Shown here in pieces: positions 50,132-61,740 of a DNA stretch of 64,000 nucleotides (positions within the stretch are counted from its first letter, which is position 1; each line of letters starts with the position of its first letter). The notes under the pieces were generated by a model. It was not told the DNA's origin, did not search any database, and saw only the letters and a list, made by a program, of their open reading frames with translations. The DNA comes from Lepidodermella squamata. Lineage: Eukaryota; Animalia; Gastrotricha. A program made the translations under genes and the position numbers. The stretch is from the NCBI GenBank assembly GCA_047495785.1, contig JBLDXI010000025.1, positions 1,116,001 through 1,180,000 on the forward strand, written 5' to 3'.

Positions 50132-50509
50132 ATGGCCGGTTGCATGCTTCCTGCTTTGGCGATTTTCATGGTGGCCATTTCAGCCATAGCTGCTCAAAAC
50201 CCCAGTAAGCTACTCCACATCGACTCTATGAAGTCGAGTGATATATTCCATGACTGTTGATTGGTTGTTTTTGTTTCAGCAATTGCTGGCTACAAGCCTG
50301 CAACGATGGGTTGTGCGTATTACAACAATCAAGTCGGTGACACGATCGCCAACATCGCAGATGCCCAGGGATGTGCTGCCCAGTGCACTGCGGCTAAAAC
50401 TTGCAAAGCTTTCACGTACTACAACCAGATCAAATTCTGTCGCCTTTCGACGAGCTGCGCCAACCAATTCCCCATCAATGGCGGAGAAATGCACTACATT
50501 AAGATCTGA
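50132..50509 (+). CDS. Secreted single PAN/apple-domain mini-protein, type B copy 1 (100 aa; exons 50132-50204, 50280-50509)
   Basis: Signal peptide MAGCMLPALAIFMVAISAIAA; QGCAAQCTAAKTCKAFTYYNQIKFCRL; six Cys in the mature domain; phase-1 intron as in type A. Confidence 0.85.
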
Positions 50510-52529
50510 TGTGATGCAGAGCAGTGTATCAGTTGGGAAAGCTTAGACAAGAAAAATTGGATTTATGAGTAACCAGCATGGTGGAATTAATAAAAACTAA
50601 TCAACTCATCGCTTCATTGTTGTTAGCTGCTTTGTAGTGGGTAATAAATGCTGTTACTCATACTAGTGTGACTTATATGAGTTCCTGGTCATCGCTGCAG
50701 AGCTGAAGATCTGATGTGATGCAGAGCAATATACCAGTTGAGAGCTGGGGAAGTTGAGATGAGAAGATAGGGATTCATGAGTGACCACGCTTTAACATGA
50801 ATTAGGGGCTAAATTAATTAATCAACTCATCGCTTCATTGCTGTTAGCTGCTTTGTAGTGGCTAATAAATGCTGTTAATGTACATTATACTCCCGTTTTG
50901 CAGGTCAAAGGTCACACGTGCACACGTGATCAAAACACTAAACTTTTAGGTTGTTGAGTAAGTCATCCCTACCAAGCATACCAGTGAAACCGCATCCTTA
51001 CTTGAAAGCCATCTTGCTAAGGACATCCTTACTAAGGAGATCATCATCAAGAGGATGACTTTTAAGTAAGGACAGCACTTAGCAAAGACGAGTGCCTCAC
51101 TTACTAATAAAGCATCCCTTGCATCCTTAGCATGGAAAATCAACAAGGCGAGGCTATGAACGGCCGTTTATTCGCATCATTCACATCAAGTCGAGTGTCT
51201 AACAAAACGTTATATTTGTTGCATAATTGGAAGCATCCGGCAGCGTGAGTCGTCAAGAGTGAGAATTTTGCATTTTTCGAATTTATCTGATCCTGGATCC
51301 TGTGATATCGCTGAAAAATGCAATGATATCACTGGATCCGCCGAAGATTTTAGGACAGCCGGGATGACTGAGACAACGCTTAGAGACTGATAGCCGAGAT
51401 CTAACTCAGATATTGATCAGCCGTTAGCGGCGAGGCGGGGCTGCGGCCGGATATTTTGAAACAATCCGTGGTGCCTGTGTTCTATCATCGATTTCCCTGC
51501 GGCAGCCAGTTGCGGGCGGGTGTAACTGTTTGTGTGACTGCGGTTACAAAGCAAGTTTAACACCACGCCAGTCTTTGTCTTTTGATCCGAATTACGGCGG
51601 CAACACTAGCTTTTTCCTGCTTTATCGTCAAATTGATATAATATCCTAGCAAAATCACCCAATTTTACCCATATCTGACCGTTGATTATTTCGCAGCATC
51701 AATAAATGTTCCGATAAACCCGAAAAACTCAATTTTAACGTATAAATGCATCCTCGTCTAGCAAGATCGTCTAGCAAGATCCTCGTCTAGCTGATGATAG
51801 ATCAGCCACATGGAATGCGAAATTCCTTTAATGGTTACGCAGTTATTAGAAAATTGCGAAAATACTTTTTTGTCATCACTTGTTATGTGAGCGTGATTTT
51901 GTAGACAATTAATTAGCTGCCGTGGCTAACAGGAGTTTCGCTAAGCTTAGTTTAACTTCTCGGACTTTTCGTCCCGTTGCAGACAATTTTGAGACCTCAA
52001 AATTAAACTCTTTCTCGAAAACTTGCGATTTCAACGGCGGCATTTCCTACATCGCTGTGTCATTTCTGGAAATTATTTACCTTAATACGGTTTAATTAGA
52101 AGAGTTGCGATTGAAATCGGACAGCATCAAGGCGGGCGCACTTCATCGGTCCATCGCATAATAAGTTTTTACTATTATAAACGCTAAGCTTTTCGTCATC
52201 AAGTTCAATTAAACATTGGTTGTACTGGATTCTGGATGCTTGAAATAGTTTACCAATTTTTTACGCCGCCCAGTGCTTAGTATATTAGAGTATCTTAGTA
52301 TTGAATGAATAATAACGTACTTATAGCCGAAAATAACTTTCACCTGCTGCATGTGGGTTGAAGCGAAGTATTTTTGGCTGCAAAATGCTGCGTCATGATG
52401 TTTTCAATGCCCGAATTATAGCGTTTCCCATTGGTTGCTTGCCTCGATAAATACGACCGACAACCGCGGATATTCATAATTTAATTTTTCATTCTTAAAG
52501 TCTCAAGTCTATTCCTATTCACGATTAAA

Positions 52530-52903
52530 ATGGCTGGTTCCATGCTCCCTGCATTGGCTGTTTTCATGGCGGTTATTTCAGCTATGGCGGCGCAAACTTG
52601 TAAGTTTTCTTATTCCGGCTGCTAATGCACTTTAGCGCGCAGTTGAGTCAATTTGTACTTTCAGCTATTCCTGGCTACAAGCCTGCTACTTATAATTGCA
52701 TGGGGACCGGTCGTGATTATAACATTATAGGTGCCACGACGTATAGTCCAAACGTTCAGGGATGCGTTGACCGGTGTAACGGAACTAAGACCTGCCGCGC
52801 TTTCGGATACGACACTAAAGTCAAGGTCTGCCAGATCTACACGACCTGCTACAAAAGCTTTATTCGTCTTACTGCCCAATACGCGCACTACCAGAAGATC
52901 TAA
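52530..52903 (+). CDS. Secreted PAN/apple mini-protein, type A copy 2
   Basis: Encodes the same protein as 47987-48360, within a ~1-kb near-identical direct duplication (47610-48620 versus 52155-53130). Confidence 0.85.
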
Positions 52904-53243
52904 TGTGTTGCGGAGCATTATTCGGGTTGAGAAAAGGAAATGAAGCAGAGTCAACATTTATTTATATACCTAACATATCGCTTAATTTTTCTTTGCTGCT
53001 TTGGAGTGGGAAGCACTGGAAATAAAGGCATATAAGTATGTAATAGTATTGCCGCATTCTTGTTCAAACGTTAAAATGTCGACACATCAGCAGTTCGCTA
53101 GCGTTTCGGTATAACTCGCCATTTGACAGCAATGGCACCTGATCACCTGATTTCGTTCACACCTCACCGGCATTTGCGTCCCTAGTTAACTAGCGAGCTT
53201 ATAAAAGCCAGCTTTGAAGGCGAATATTTCATTGCTGAATACG

Positions 53244-55736
53244 ATGATTTTCTCAACTTTAGCAGTTGCTGCTCTGCTGAACTATGTATCAGCGAAGCCG
53301 ATCGATCCGTCAGTTGGCGTTGGCTCTTGCACAACTCCTGGTTGCGTCAAGGCAGCTGAGTTCATACTGAGCAATCTGGACCTGACTGTCGACCCATGTG
53401 AAGACTTCTACCAATTCGCCTGTGGTGGATATGCTGCTAATGCGATCATTAAAAACCAAAAAACCAAAAAACCGGGATTGGCAGAATGCGATGGCCGATA
53501 CTTTGGGAGATATGACTCAGAGGGCTTTGCTGGACTTCAACAGCGCAAATGTATCTAGCTTATCCCCCGCTGAGAAGAAGTTCAAGGAGTTCATGCAGTC
53601 TTGCGAGTCTGGTTCGGATCGCTATGATGATGTCGAATCTTCTGTCGCGTTTCTTCGCAATCTTGCTCGAGATGTTAGCGGACTGTTCATCAGCGATGAA
53701 GAGGTCAAAACGCGGTTTTGGAGCAGGTCCTCCCAACTACGTTGTTCGGTGGAACAACTGCTTTCTTCTCGGTTGACATCGATGTAAATCCTTCGAATGC
53801 TTCCGAGTTTCAGCTGTTCCTCGGCCCGAGAACTACGTATGTTTTCGGAGATCATGCCACGGTTCAACGTTTGATTGATAGCGACGAAGATAACGAAACC
53901 CTGAGTGATGCCAAAGAAATGTACGTCACCGAGATTACCAAGCTGTTCAAATGATCATACCCAGAAAGGACCGTTACACAGTTTCTGACACCTACATCAA
54001 GGATTTAGTGGAGTTTGAGGTCGAGTTGGCCTTGGTGAGTCAAACTAACGAAAACTGAACGCTTCCTAAGAATTAATTTTGCAGATTTCACCAAATATGG
54101 CAGAATTAGGCGATAAGCGCAATAATGACGTGGAGGATGCCAACTTTGTCGAAAATAAGGAAGACAGATTTGATGAGCGCTTGGAAGAACTTCAGAAAGT
54201 TAGCCCAAACATCGAATGGAAAGAATTTTTCCGTGTGTTGGGAGGCATAGCGGACGTTCCGTCACTCGGCTCAAAGGATCTACGAATTTCGTTCCGCAGC
54301 AAGACCTACTTCGAGAAGCTATCTCTGCTCATCGCCCAAACGAAGACTAAACTCGGCGCTGACCGAAGCAGACGCGTATTCCAGAATTACGCGGTTCTCA
54401 CAGCGATCGGCGCATTTCTCGATCAAATTGCCTGCGACATAACTCAACCACTGTACCAGCTTCAGGTCATCGCGCAGTCCACAGATGAGTCTGAACGTAT
54501 GTATTGCTGATGAAGCGTTTTGCGGGAAAGTCAAAGAATCTCAGCCATCGTGCGATGCCTTGATCCAGCAACAATTCGGCGATCACTTTATCGCCCGCCG
54601 CTTCTTAAAGCGATTCTTCTCCCAGGAAAACGTCGACTACCTATCAAACATGACAAGTCTAGTTTTGGCCGAAATTCGCAACGCTTTTGACAAGGTGACG
54701 TGGTTAGACGCTAAGGCGAAGGCTGCCGTCAAGCTCAAGGTCGAAAAGATTAAATTTTCAATGGGCTTCCCGCCAGATCTGATGAGCGAAGCTTACGATA
54801 TGAAGTACGATGCTCTGACAATCCCGGGACCAGATTTTGTGCACAATAAGAAAGCTCTTGGTGAATTCAACAATGTTCGCCTTTTGAGATTTCTTAATGG
54901 CCCCGTTGATCAACTCGAGCACTTGTAAGTGTTTTAATATGTAAAAACCTTAGAAGAAAATATATTTTTCTTCCAGCTGGCATGGCACTAAGGTTATGCA
55001 GCAAAATGCGTTCTACAGGCCGACCCTCAATACTTTCAGCTTGATCGCTGGTTACTTCGTTGCTCCTTCTTTCTGCTTCGACCTTCCTAGCGCTTGGAAT
55101 TGGGGATTCCCCAGCCAAACAATTGGACATGGTTCGATTCATTATTTCAAATACTCAGTGACTTGTTTATTTTTGAACAGAAATCATTCATGGCTTTGAC
55201 AGCAAAGGAATCAAATTCAATGCCTACGGTGAGTCGAAGTCAATTTTGTAAGGGGCGACGCTTGATAAGTTCAAGGAACAGCTGAAGTGTATCATTGATC
55301 AGTTCCAAGCATTGCGTCCGGACTCATTGAATTACGGAGAAGCCACATTGGCTGAAAATGCTGCTGACAACGCGGGCCTCAAGTTCGCCTATGCAGCCTT
55401 CAAGAAGGCTTTTGGCGACGATGGCCTCAAGAAGTTCGAGGTTCCAGGTGTTCCACTGAACAACGACCAGATATATTTCGTCAGCAATGCACAATCTTTC
55501 TGTCAAGCAGCTACACCGTTGGGGGAGATTATATTGCTTCAGGATGAGCATGCCTACGCTCCATGGCGGTGAGTTGTCTCAACCAAGACATCTAATCTAC
55601 TCATAATCTTCTGATTTACAGAGTTAACGAAGGTATGAAGAATTTCGAGCCATTCGCTACGGCGTTTAGCTGTCCAGTTGCATCAAAGATGAACCCAGAA
55701 GGATGGAAACGCTGCGATCTCTGGGCTCCCCAGTAA
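53244..55736 (+). pseudogene. Second secreted M13 peptidase, with about four frameshifts (pseudogene or assembly indels)
   Basis: Signal peptide, CTTPGCVKAA..VDPCEDFYQFACGG, QNAFY, GH|EIIHGFD, AENAAD and FSCPVASKMNP are all present. The frame shifts near 53455, 53715, 53950 and 54500 without evident splice sites. Confidence 0.75.
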
Positions 55737-56501
55737 AACGCTGTCTTGAAATTCTACCAACAGTGAAATTCGACTACTAAAAATTAGGCCATTATTGCAA
55801 TACTAATAATTTTACTGATTTATTTCCTTTTATAACAAAAGTACTGCTTGACACTGTTAGTTGTAGAGCTCGAAGGCGCCGAGGAAGGCTCCGGTAGAGA
55901 CGATGAATCCTATTTCTTCTGCCTCGAAAGTCAGGTCGAACTAGGCTCGAAGGCCATTAGCGTTCTCGCAGCCAAAGCAGGAGGCAGCATGGACACAGCC
56001 ATAGCTAAAATGGCTAAATTCTCCCGAAAATTTTCTAAATATCCGCAATTATCGATTAATTTATGAAAATCGAAGTAAATGAGAAAAGACCCTGAAATCC
56101 TCCTTATTTTCTCGTATATGGCCTGGCCGAACGGTTGGAATTCTGAGATTGCAGCCTTGGAATGTTAACTCTTAGTCGTGATAAAAATAAACGGTGATGA
56201 CTGAAATTTGAAAATAAATGCAATTACTGATATAGGAAAATGCATTTTGCAAGTAAGATATTTGAAAAGAATGGCGTGTCGCGTTAACATTTTTTTTATG
56301 TTGAAATCTCTGAAGAGATCTACGCTGATCGGGGTCAAAGTGCGTTCGTGACAAAGTAATACTATTGGTATTCCTGACATTAGAACCTCGCAAATCAATG
56401 GCAAAGGGAGCGACATGACCAAGCAGGATCCCATAGCATATTTACAACTTATTACAGGCAATTCAAGGCGACATCTTTCTATTGCACGATTCCATTGTAT
56501 A

Positions 56502-56700
56502 CATAGACATAATTTAGGATAGACTGCTTACTCACGAGAAAAAGGGTGCTACGCCATGGGCACCAGATGGTCAGCTGATTCATCAACGCTTGGAGGTAAA
56601 GTAAACAAAATATTCGATTTGTTTTTAGCTGGTTCCGTGACGATTTCATGCAGCACCCTTTTTCTCGTGAGTAAGCAGTCTATCCTAAATTATGTCTATG
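56502..56700. mobile_element. MITE with perfect 49-bp TIRs and 8-bp TSD (P-element- or hAT-type non-autonomous element)
   Basis: TIR CATAGACATAATTTAGGATAGACTGCTTACTCACGAGAAAAAGGGTGCT at 56502-56550 and its reverse complement at 56652-56700. TSD ATTGTATA at 56494-56501 and 56701-56708. Confidence 0.9.
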
Positions 56701-57405
56701 ATTGTATATCATGTTTTTGCGTCACTTCTTATATTTTTAAATTGCTGCGCCAGTATGTGGAAGCTAGTTAAGTAGCACCAGCTGTTTTTGGTTTTCAAAG
56801 TGGGTAATGCGTAATGGAATGGGGATAATGGATGGATCCATACGCCAGTTACCGCCCCTCTACCCTTATTTCCTCTTATATTAGAGGGGAGAGTCGGTCC
56901 ACGCCATCTCACTGATGACTGACAAACTGACTGACTTTCGCGCGTGTCCTCATGCCTCCCGCCACGTATGGGCTAGCTGTCTTGCGAGTCGAATATGTGT
57001 TTAAAACAACTCAACCATTAAGTCACACTAGTACAATTAACAGCATTTATTAGCCACTACAAAGCAGCTAACAGCAATGAAGCGATGAGTTGATTAATTA
57101 ATTTAGCCCCTAATTCATGTTAAAGCGTGGTCACTCATGAATCCCTATCTTCTCATCTCAACTTCCCCAGCTCTCAACTGGTATATTGCTCTGCATCACA
57201 TCAGATCTTCAGCTCTGCAGCGATGACCAGGAACTCATATAAGTCACACTAGTATGAGTAACAGCATTTATTACCCACTACAAAGCAGCTAACAACAATG
57301 AAGCGATGAGTTGATTAGTTTTTATTAATTCCACCATGCTGGTTACTCATAAATCCAATTTTTCTTGTCTAAGCTTTCCCAACTGATACACTGCTCTGCA
57401 TCACA

Positions 57406-57783
57406 TCAGATCTTAATGTAGTGCATTTCTCCGCCATTGATGGGGAATTGGTTGGCGCAGCTCGTCGAAAGGCGACAGAATTTGATCTGGTTGTAGTACG
57501 TGAAAGCTTTGCAAGTTTTAGCCGCAGTGCACTGGGCAGCACATCCCTGGGCATCTGCGATGTTGGCGATCGTGTCACCGACTTGATTGTTGTAATACGC
57601 ACAACCCATCGTTGCAGGCTTGTAGCCAGCAATTGCTGAAACAAAAACAACCAATCAACAGTCATGGAATATATCACTCGACTTCATAGAGTCGATGTGG
57701 AGTAGCTTACTGGGGTTTTGAGCAGCTATGGCTGAAATGGCCACCATGAAAATCGCCAAAGCAGGAAGCATGCAACCGGCCAT
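57406..57783 (-). CDS. Secreted PAN/apple mini-protein, type B copy 2 (inverted)
   Basis: Reverse complement of 50132-50509; identical protein. Confidence 0.85.
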
Positions 57784-58239
57784 TTTAATCTTGAATAGGA
57801 ATAGACTTGAGACTTTGAGAACGGAAATGTAAAATGATGAATATCCGCGGGTTGTCGGTAGTATTTATTGAGGCAAGCAACCAATCAGAATCGCTATAAT
57901 TTGGGCGACAAAAACATCACGATGCAGCATTTTGCAGCCAAAAATACTTCATTTCAAGTCACATGCAGCAGGTGAAAGTTATTTTCGGATAAAACTAAAT
58001 TATTATTCAATGAATACTAACATACTAAGCACTGGGCGGCGTAAAGAATTGGTAAACTGCTCTAAGAATCTGGTGCAACGTGCAGATAATGTTTAAATGA
58101 TTTGATGACGGAAATAGGGCTTAGCGAGAAGAAAACGAGCTGGAGGAATAAACTGCTGCCTCCCTCATTTTCATCAGTCTCGAACTTTGGCATTTTAGTG
58201 GCTTAGGTTGATATCCATCATCTCTTCGAGTTTCGAGCT

Positions 58240-58600
58240 CTATGTCCAGCGTCTGCGTCAGGCGCATCTCGGGATGTACCTTGCAGCCACCTTACTACCT
58301 TGAAATAATAACCTCAACACTGAAGTCTCGCCTCGTTGCCCATCACGTCCTTACCTTAGCGTCACGTTTTGCCAAAATGCTGCCTAGCGCCCTCCTCGAC
58401 AAGGAAACTGTTGGAAAATGTAGGCTAACGGCCTTCGAGCCTTGTTCGACCTGTCCTTCGAGGTAGCAAAAATCGAAGTCATCTTTTACGCCGACTTTAT
58501 TGAGGATGTTTTCCTTGACGCCTTCGAGCGTTACGGCGAACGCTGCCAAGCAGCAGGTCTCAACATGGCGGACCATAATATCAACGACATCCTCTTTCTT
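58240..58600 (+). pseudogene. Decayed coding-like sequence lying head-to-head with the PAN-B genes; related pieces at about 48960-49170, 55880-55965 and 60265-60450
   Basis: Broken frames give KLLEM.ANGLRALFDLSFEVAKIEVIFYADFIEDVFLDAFERYGERCQAAGLNMADHNINDIL. The copies carry stops, indels and a MITE insertion. Confidence 0.45.
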
Positions 58601-60932
58601 TTTTCTCTCTTTCTCTTTCTCTTTTTCTAATCCTGCTTTCTTTTTCAGTTGAGCTGTCCCACAACCCTGGAATTATAACGTTCATAAATATAAGTAAACC
58701 CTGAAATGACTTTCAGAAAAATAAAATTGGGAGCAATTAAAAGAGACGGGGAGGATTGGATGAGTTGTCAGCATCTTTATCCTAAACTGTTGAGTGGTCA
58801 TTTAAAAAAGTTTGTCATGACGAATAAGTTTTAATGTGTGAGAAAAATGATAATAGAATATTGTTGTCACCTACTACTTTAAAAAATTGTGTTTGCTGAC
58901 CTGTTACTATTCAACCGATCAGTGAATGGGAACAAGTAGCATAATGACAGTGAGCGAGTGATAGCTAAAGGAAAATAGGCGAGAGTCGTCTTTCGAACGT
59001 ATGTAGCCGCGCATAAGGAAGTTAACACGGTTATCTATTGTGGAGCCAACACATTCTTATTTTCATGAGAGCCTTTCTTTACACCATTCCCTATAGAGCT
59101 CAATGTTATCGGGCAGATCCGGGAAGTAACAGCGCCTGAGCGCGTTTTTGACAATGCGCGTGATTTATGCTATAATCAGCAATTTTATAGGGAATGGAAA
59201 AAGGTGATACTTAATGCACATCGTTTTACTCTATCAATAATTGCTATCAATAATTGTTGTTACGCGAATAAAGTTTAACTTTGCATCCCGCATTGTCCCG
59301 CAGTTCTTCCAGCAGTTCATCCCGCAGCCAAAAAGTCGCTTCAAGTCACATGCAGCAGGTGAAAGTTATTTTTCGGTTATAAGCAATAAATTATTCACTC
59401 AACTAGGCACTATGCTCCGTATTAGCCCGGGCCCCCTTTCTACTCTACGAACATTATTATAATATGTTTATACTACTTTATTTGATGCGTCGAGTTCTAT
59501 TCATTGCCAATTACCAAAATACGCAGCCCCGAGTCACACGCAGCAGGTGAAAGTTATTTTTGGCGAAGTGAACGGTGTAATTTCTTCATAACTAATTACT
59601 GGGCGACGTAATTAATAGCCTGCTTTAAGCATCAAGTGCAGCTAATGTTTAGTTAAACTTAATGATGGAGACGCCTTGAGTCATTAATATACGTAGCACT
59701 GGAAGACTGTGAAAGAAATGAATCAAGACTGCGTTGATCGTTGATCAATCAATTTGAGTATTTAATCGGAAAGGCATCGCGCCTTCTCATGAGCAAGACT
59801 GGAGTAACATATTTGTTAATGACGGTGAATTTTATTTCACTCAATTTTCGTCCATTCAGTATTTTGACGGACAAGAACATTAGCCGCCGCCTCACGTCAA
59901 AATTCAGATATCGCGCAATTGGCGCAGCAGACGAATTTCGGGATAATTCGCACACAAGAGCACGCTTTCGAATTGCATCGCCACGTTAGCATAGCAGTTG
60001 GCACGTTAGCATAGCGTTGTGACGTAACAATGCTTTCTCGCATTTTCCAGCAAACGGCACATCACTACGGTGAAACTAACATACTGCGATTCAAGCTTTT
60101 TGTTACTGAGCATTTGGCTCGGCGGTACCGTGGTGATCCCAAAATCGGACGTCTTTCAAAAATGCTTCTCTCAACAGTCAACGGCTTAATATGGAGGAAT
60201 TGTTGCATACCATGGCGCCCAGAGCTTCTACCCAGCTATCTGTATATTATATTCTATGCATCGATTGCTCGAAGGCCGTTCGCCTGCATTTCCAACAGCT
60301 TCCTTGTCGAGGAAGGCGCAAGGCAGCAAAAGGCCTAGGCTGCCATGGACTTTACAACTTCTTGGTATTGGCACAGGATTTCGGCAAAAGCGGGAAGCTT
60401 GGTGAGGACGTACATGACGTCGAAGAGAGCGTTGAGGCTATTATTTCAGATGGTAACTCCTGGGGCAGACGTTGGCAATAGAGCTCGAAACTCAAAGATG
60501 GATGTCATCCCAAGCCTCTGATACCCATAGGTTCTAGCCTACTGAAAACGAGGGAAGCAATACTTTATCTTTTAATCACATAATAATTATACTCACTAGG
60601 CTTTTCCGTCGTCAAGTTCAATTAAACATTTGATGCACTGTATTTTAAGAGCAGTTTAGCATTCTTATTTACGGCGTCGCCCAGTGCTTAGTATGTTAGT
60701 ATTCATTGAATAATAATTTAGTTTTATCCGAAAATAACTTTCACCTGCTGCATGTGACTTGAAATGAAGTATTTTTGGCTGCAAAATGCTGCATCGTGAT
60801 GTTTTTGTCGCCCAAATTATAGCGATTCTGATTGGTTGCTTGCCTCAATAAATACTACCGACAACCCGCGGATATTCATCATTTTACATTTCCGTTCTCA
60901 AAGTCTCAAGTCTATTCCTATTCAAGATTAAA

Positions 60933-61310
60933 ATGGCCGGTTGCATGCTTCCTGCTTTGGCGATTTTCATGGTGGCCATTTCAGCCATAGCTGCTCAAAA
61001 CCCCAGTAAGCTACTCCACATCGACTCTATGAAGTCGAGTGATATATTCCATGACTGTTGATTGGTTGTTTTTGTTTCAGCAATTGCTGGCTACAAGCCT
61101 GCAACGATGGGTTGTGCGTATTACAACAATCAAGTCGGTGACACGATCGCCAACATCGCAGATGCCCAGGGATGTGCTGCCCAGTGCACTGCGGCTAAAA
61201 CTTGCAAAGCTTTCACGTACTACAACCAGATCAAATTCTGTCGCCTTTCGACGAGCTGCGCCAACCAATTCCCCATCAATGGCGGAGAAATGCACTACAT
61301 TAAGATCTGA
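60933..61310 (+). CDS. Secreted PAN/apple mini-protein, type B copy 3
   Basis: Identical protein to 50132-50509, with the same intron. Confidence 0.85.
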
Positions 61311-61671
61311 TGTGATGCAGGGCAGTGTATCAGTTGGCAAAGTTGAGACAAGAAAAATTTGATTCTCGAGTAACCATGCCTTAGCAGGAATCAAAATTAA
61401 TCAACTCATCACTTCATTGTTTTTAGCTCCTTTGTTTGGAAGTAATAAATGCTGCTACTCATACTAGTGTGACTTGATAATATATGAGTTCCAGTCATCA
61501 TTTTTTCGACTCGCAAGACAGCTTTCCCAGAACAGGAGGGAGGCGTGAAGGGATAGGAGCAGAAATATGGAGTCATCGGCGAGATTGTGGGAGCCGACCC
61601 TCCCCTCCAACACAATGGTTGATGTCCATACGATAATTAGCGTAAGGATCCATCCATCATCAACTATTACC

Positions 61672-61740
61672 TACCGTCAAATGGGGTGACTTTAGCTGGT
61701 GGGGCGACTTTGACGCGCCAAAATGGGGTGACTTCGGCAT
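61672..61740 (+). mobile_element. Probable DNA-transposon terminus with GGGG(T/C)GACTT subterminal repeats
   Basis: TACCGTCAAATGGGGTGACTTTAG...GGGGCGACTTTGA...AAATGGGGTGACTTCG; no matching second end found. Confidence 0.4.

Noticed and set aside
56905-56945. CTGATGA core suggesting a second hammerhead
   Set aside because: No stem II or GAAA..UH arrangement follows; it is a TGAC simple repeat.
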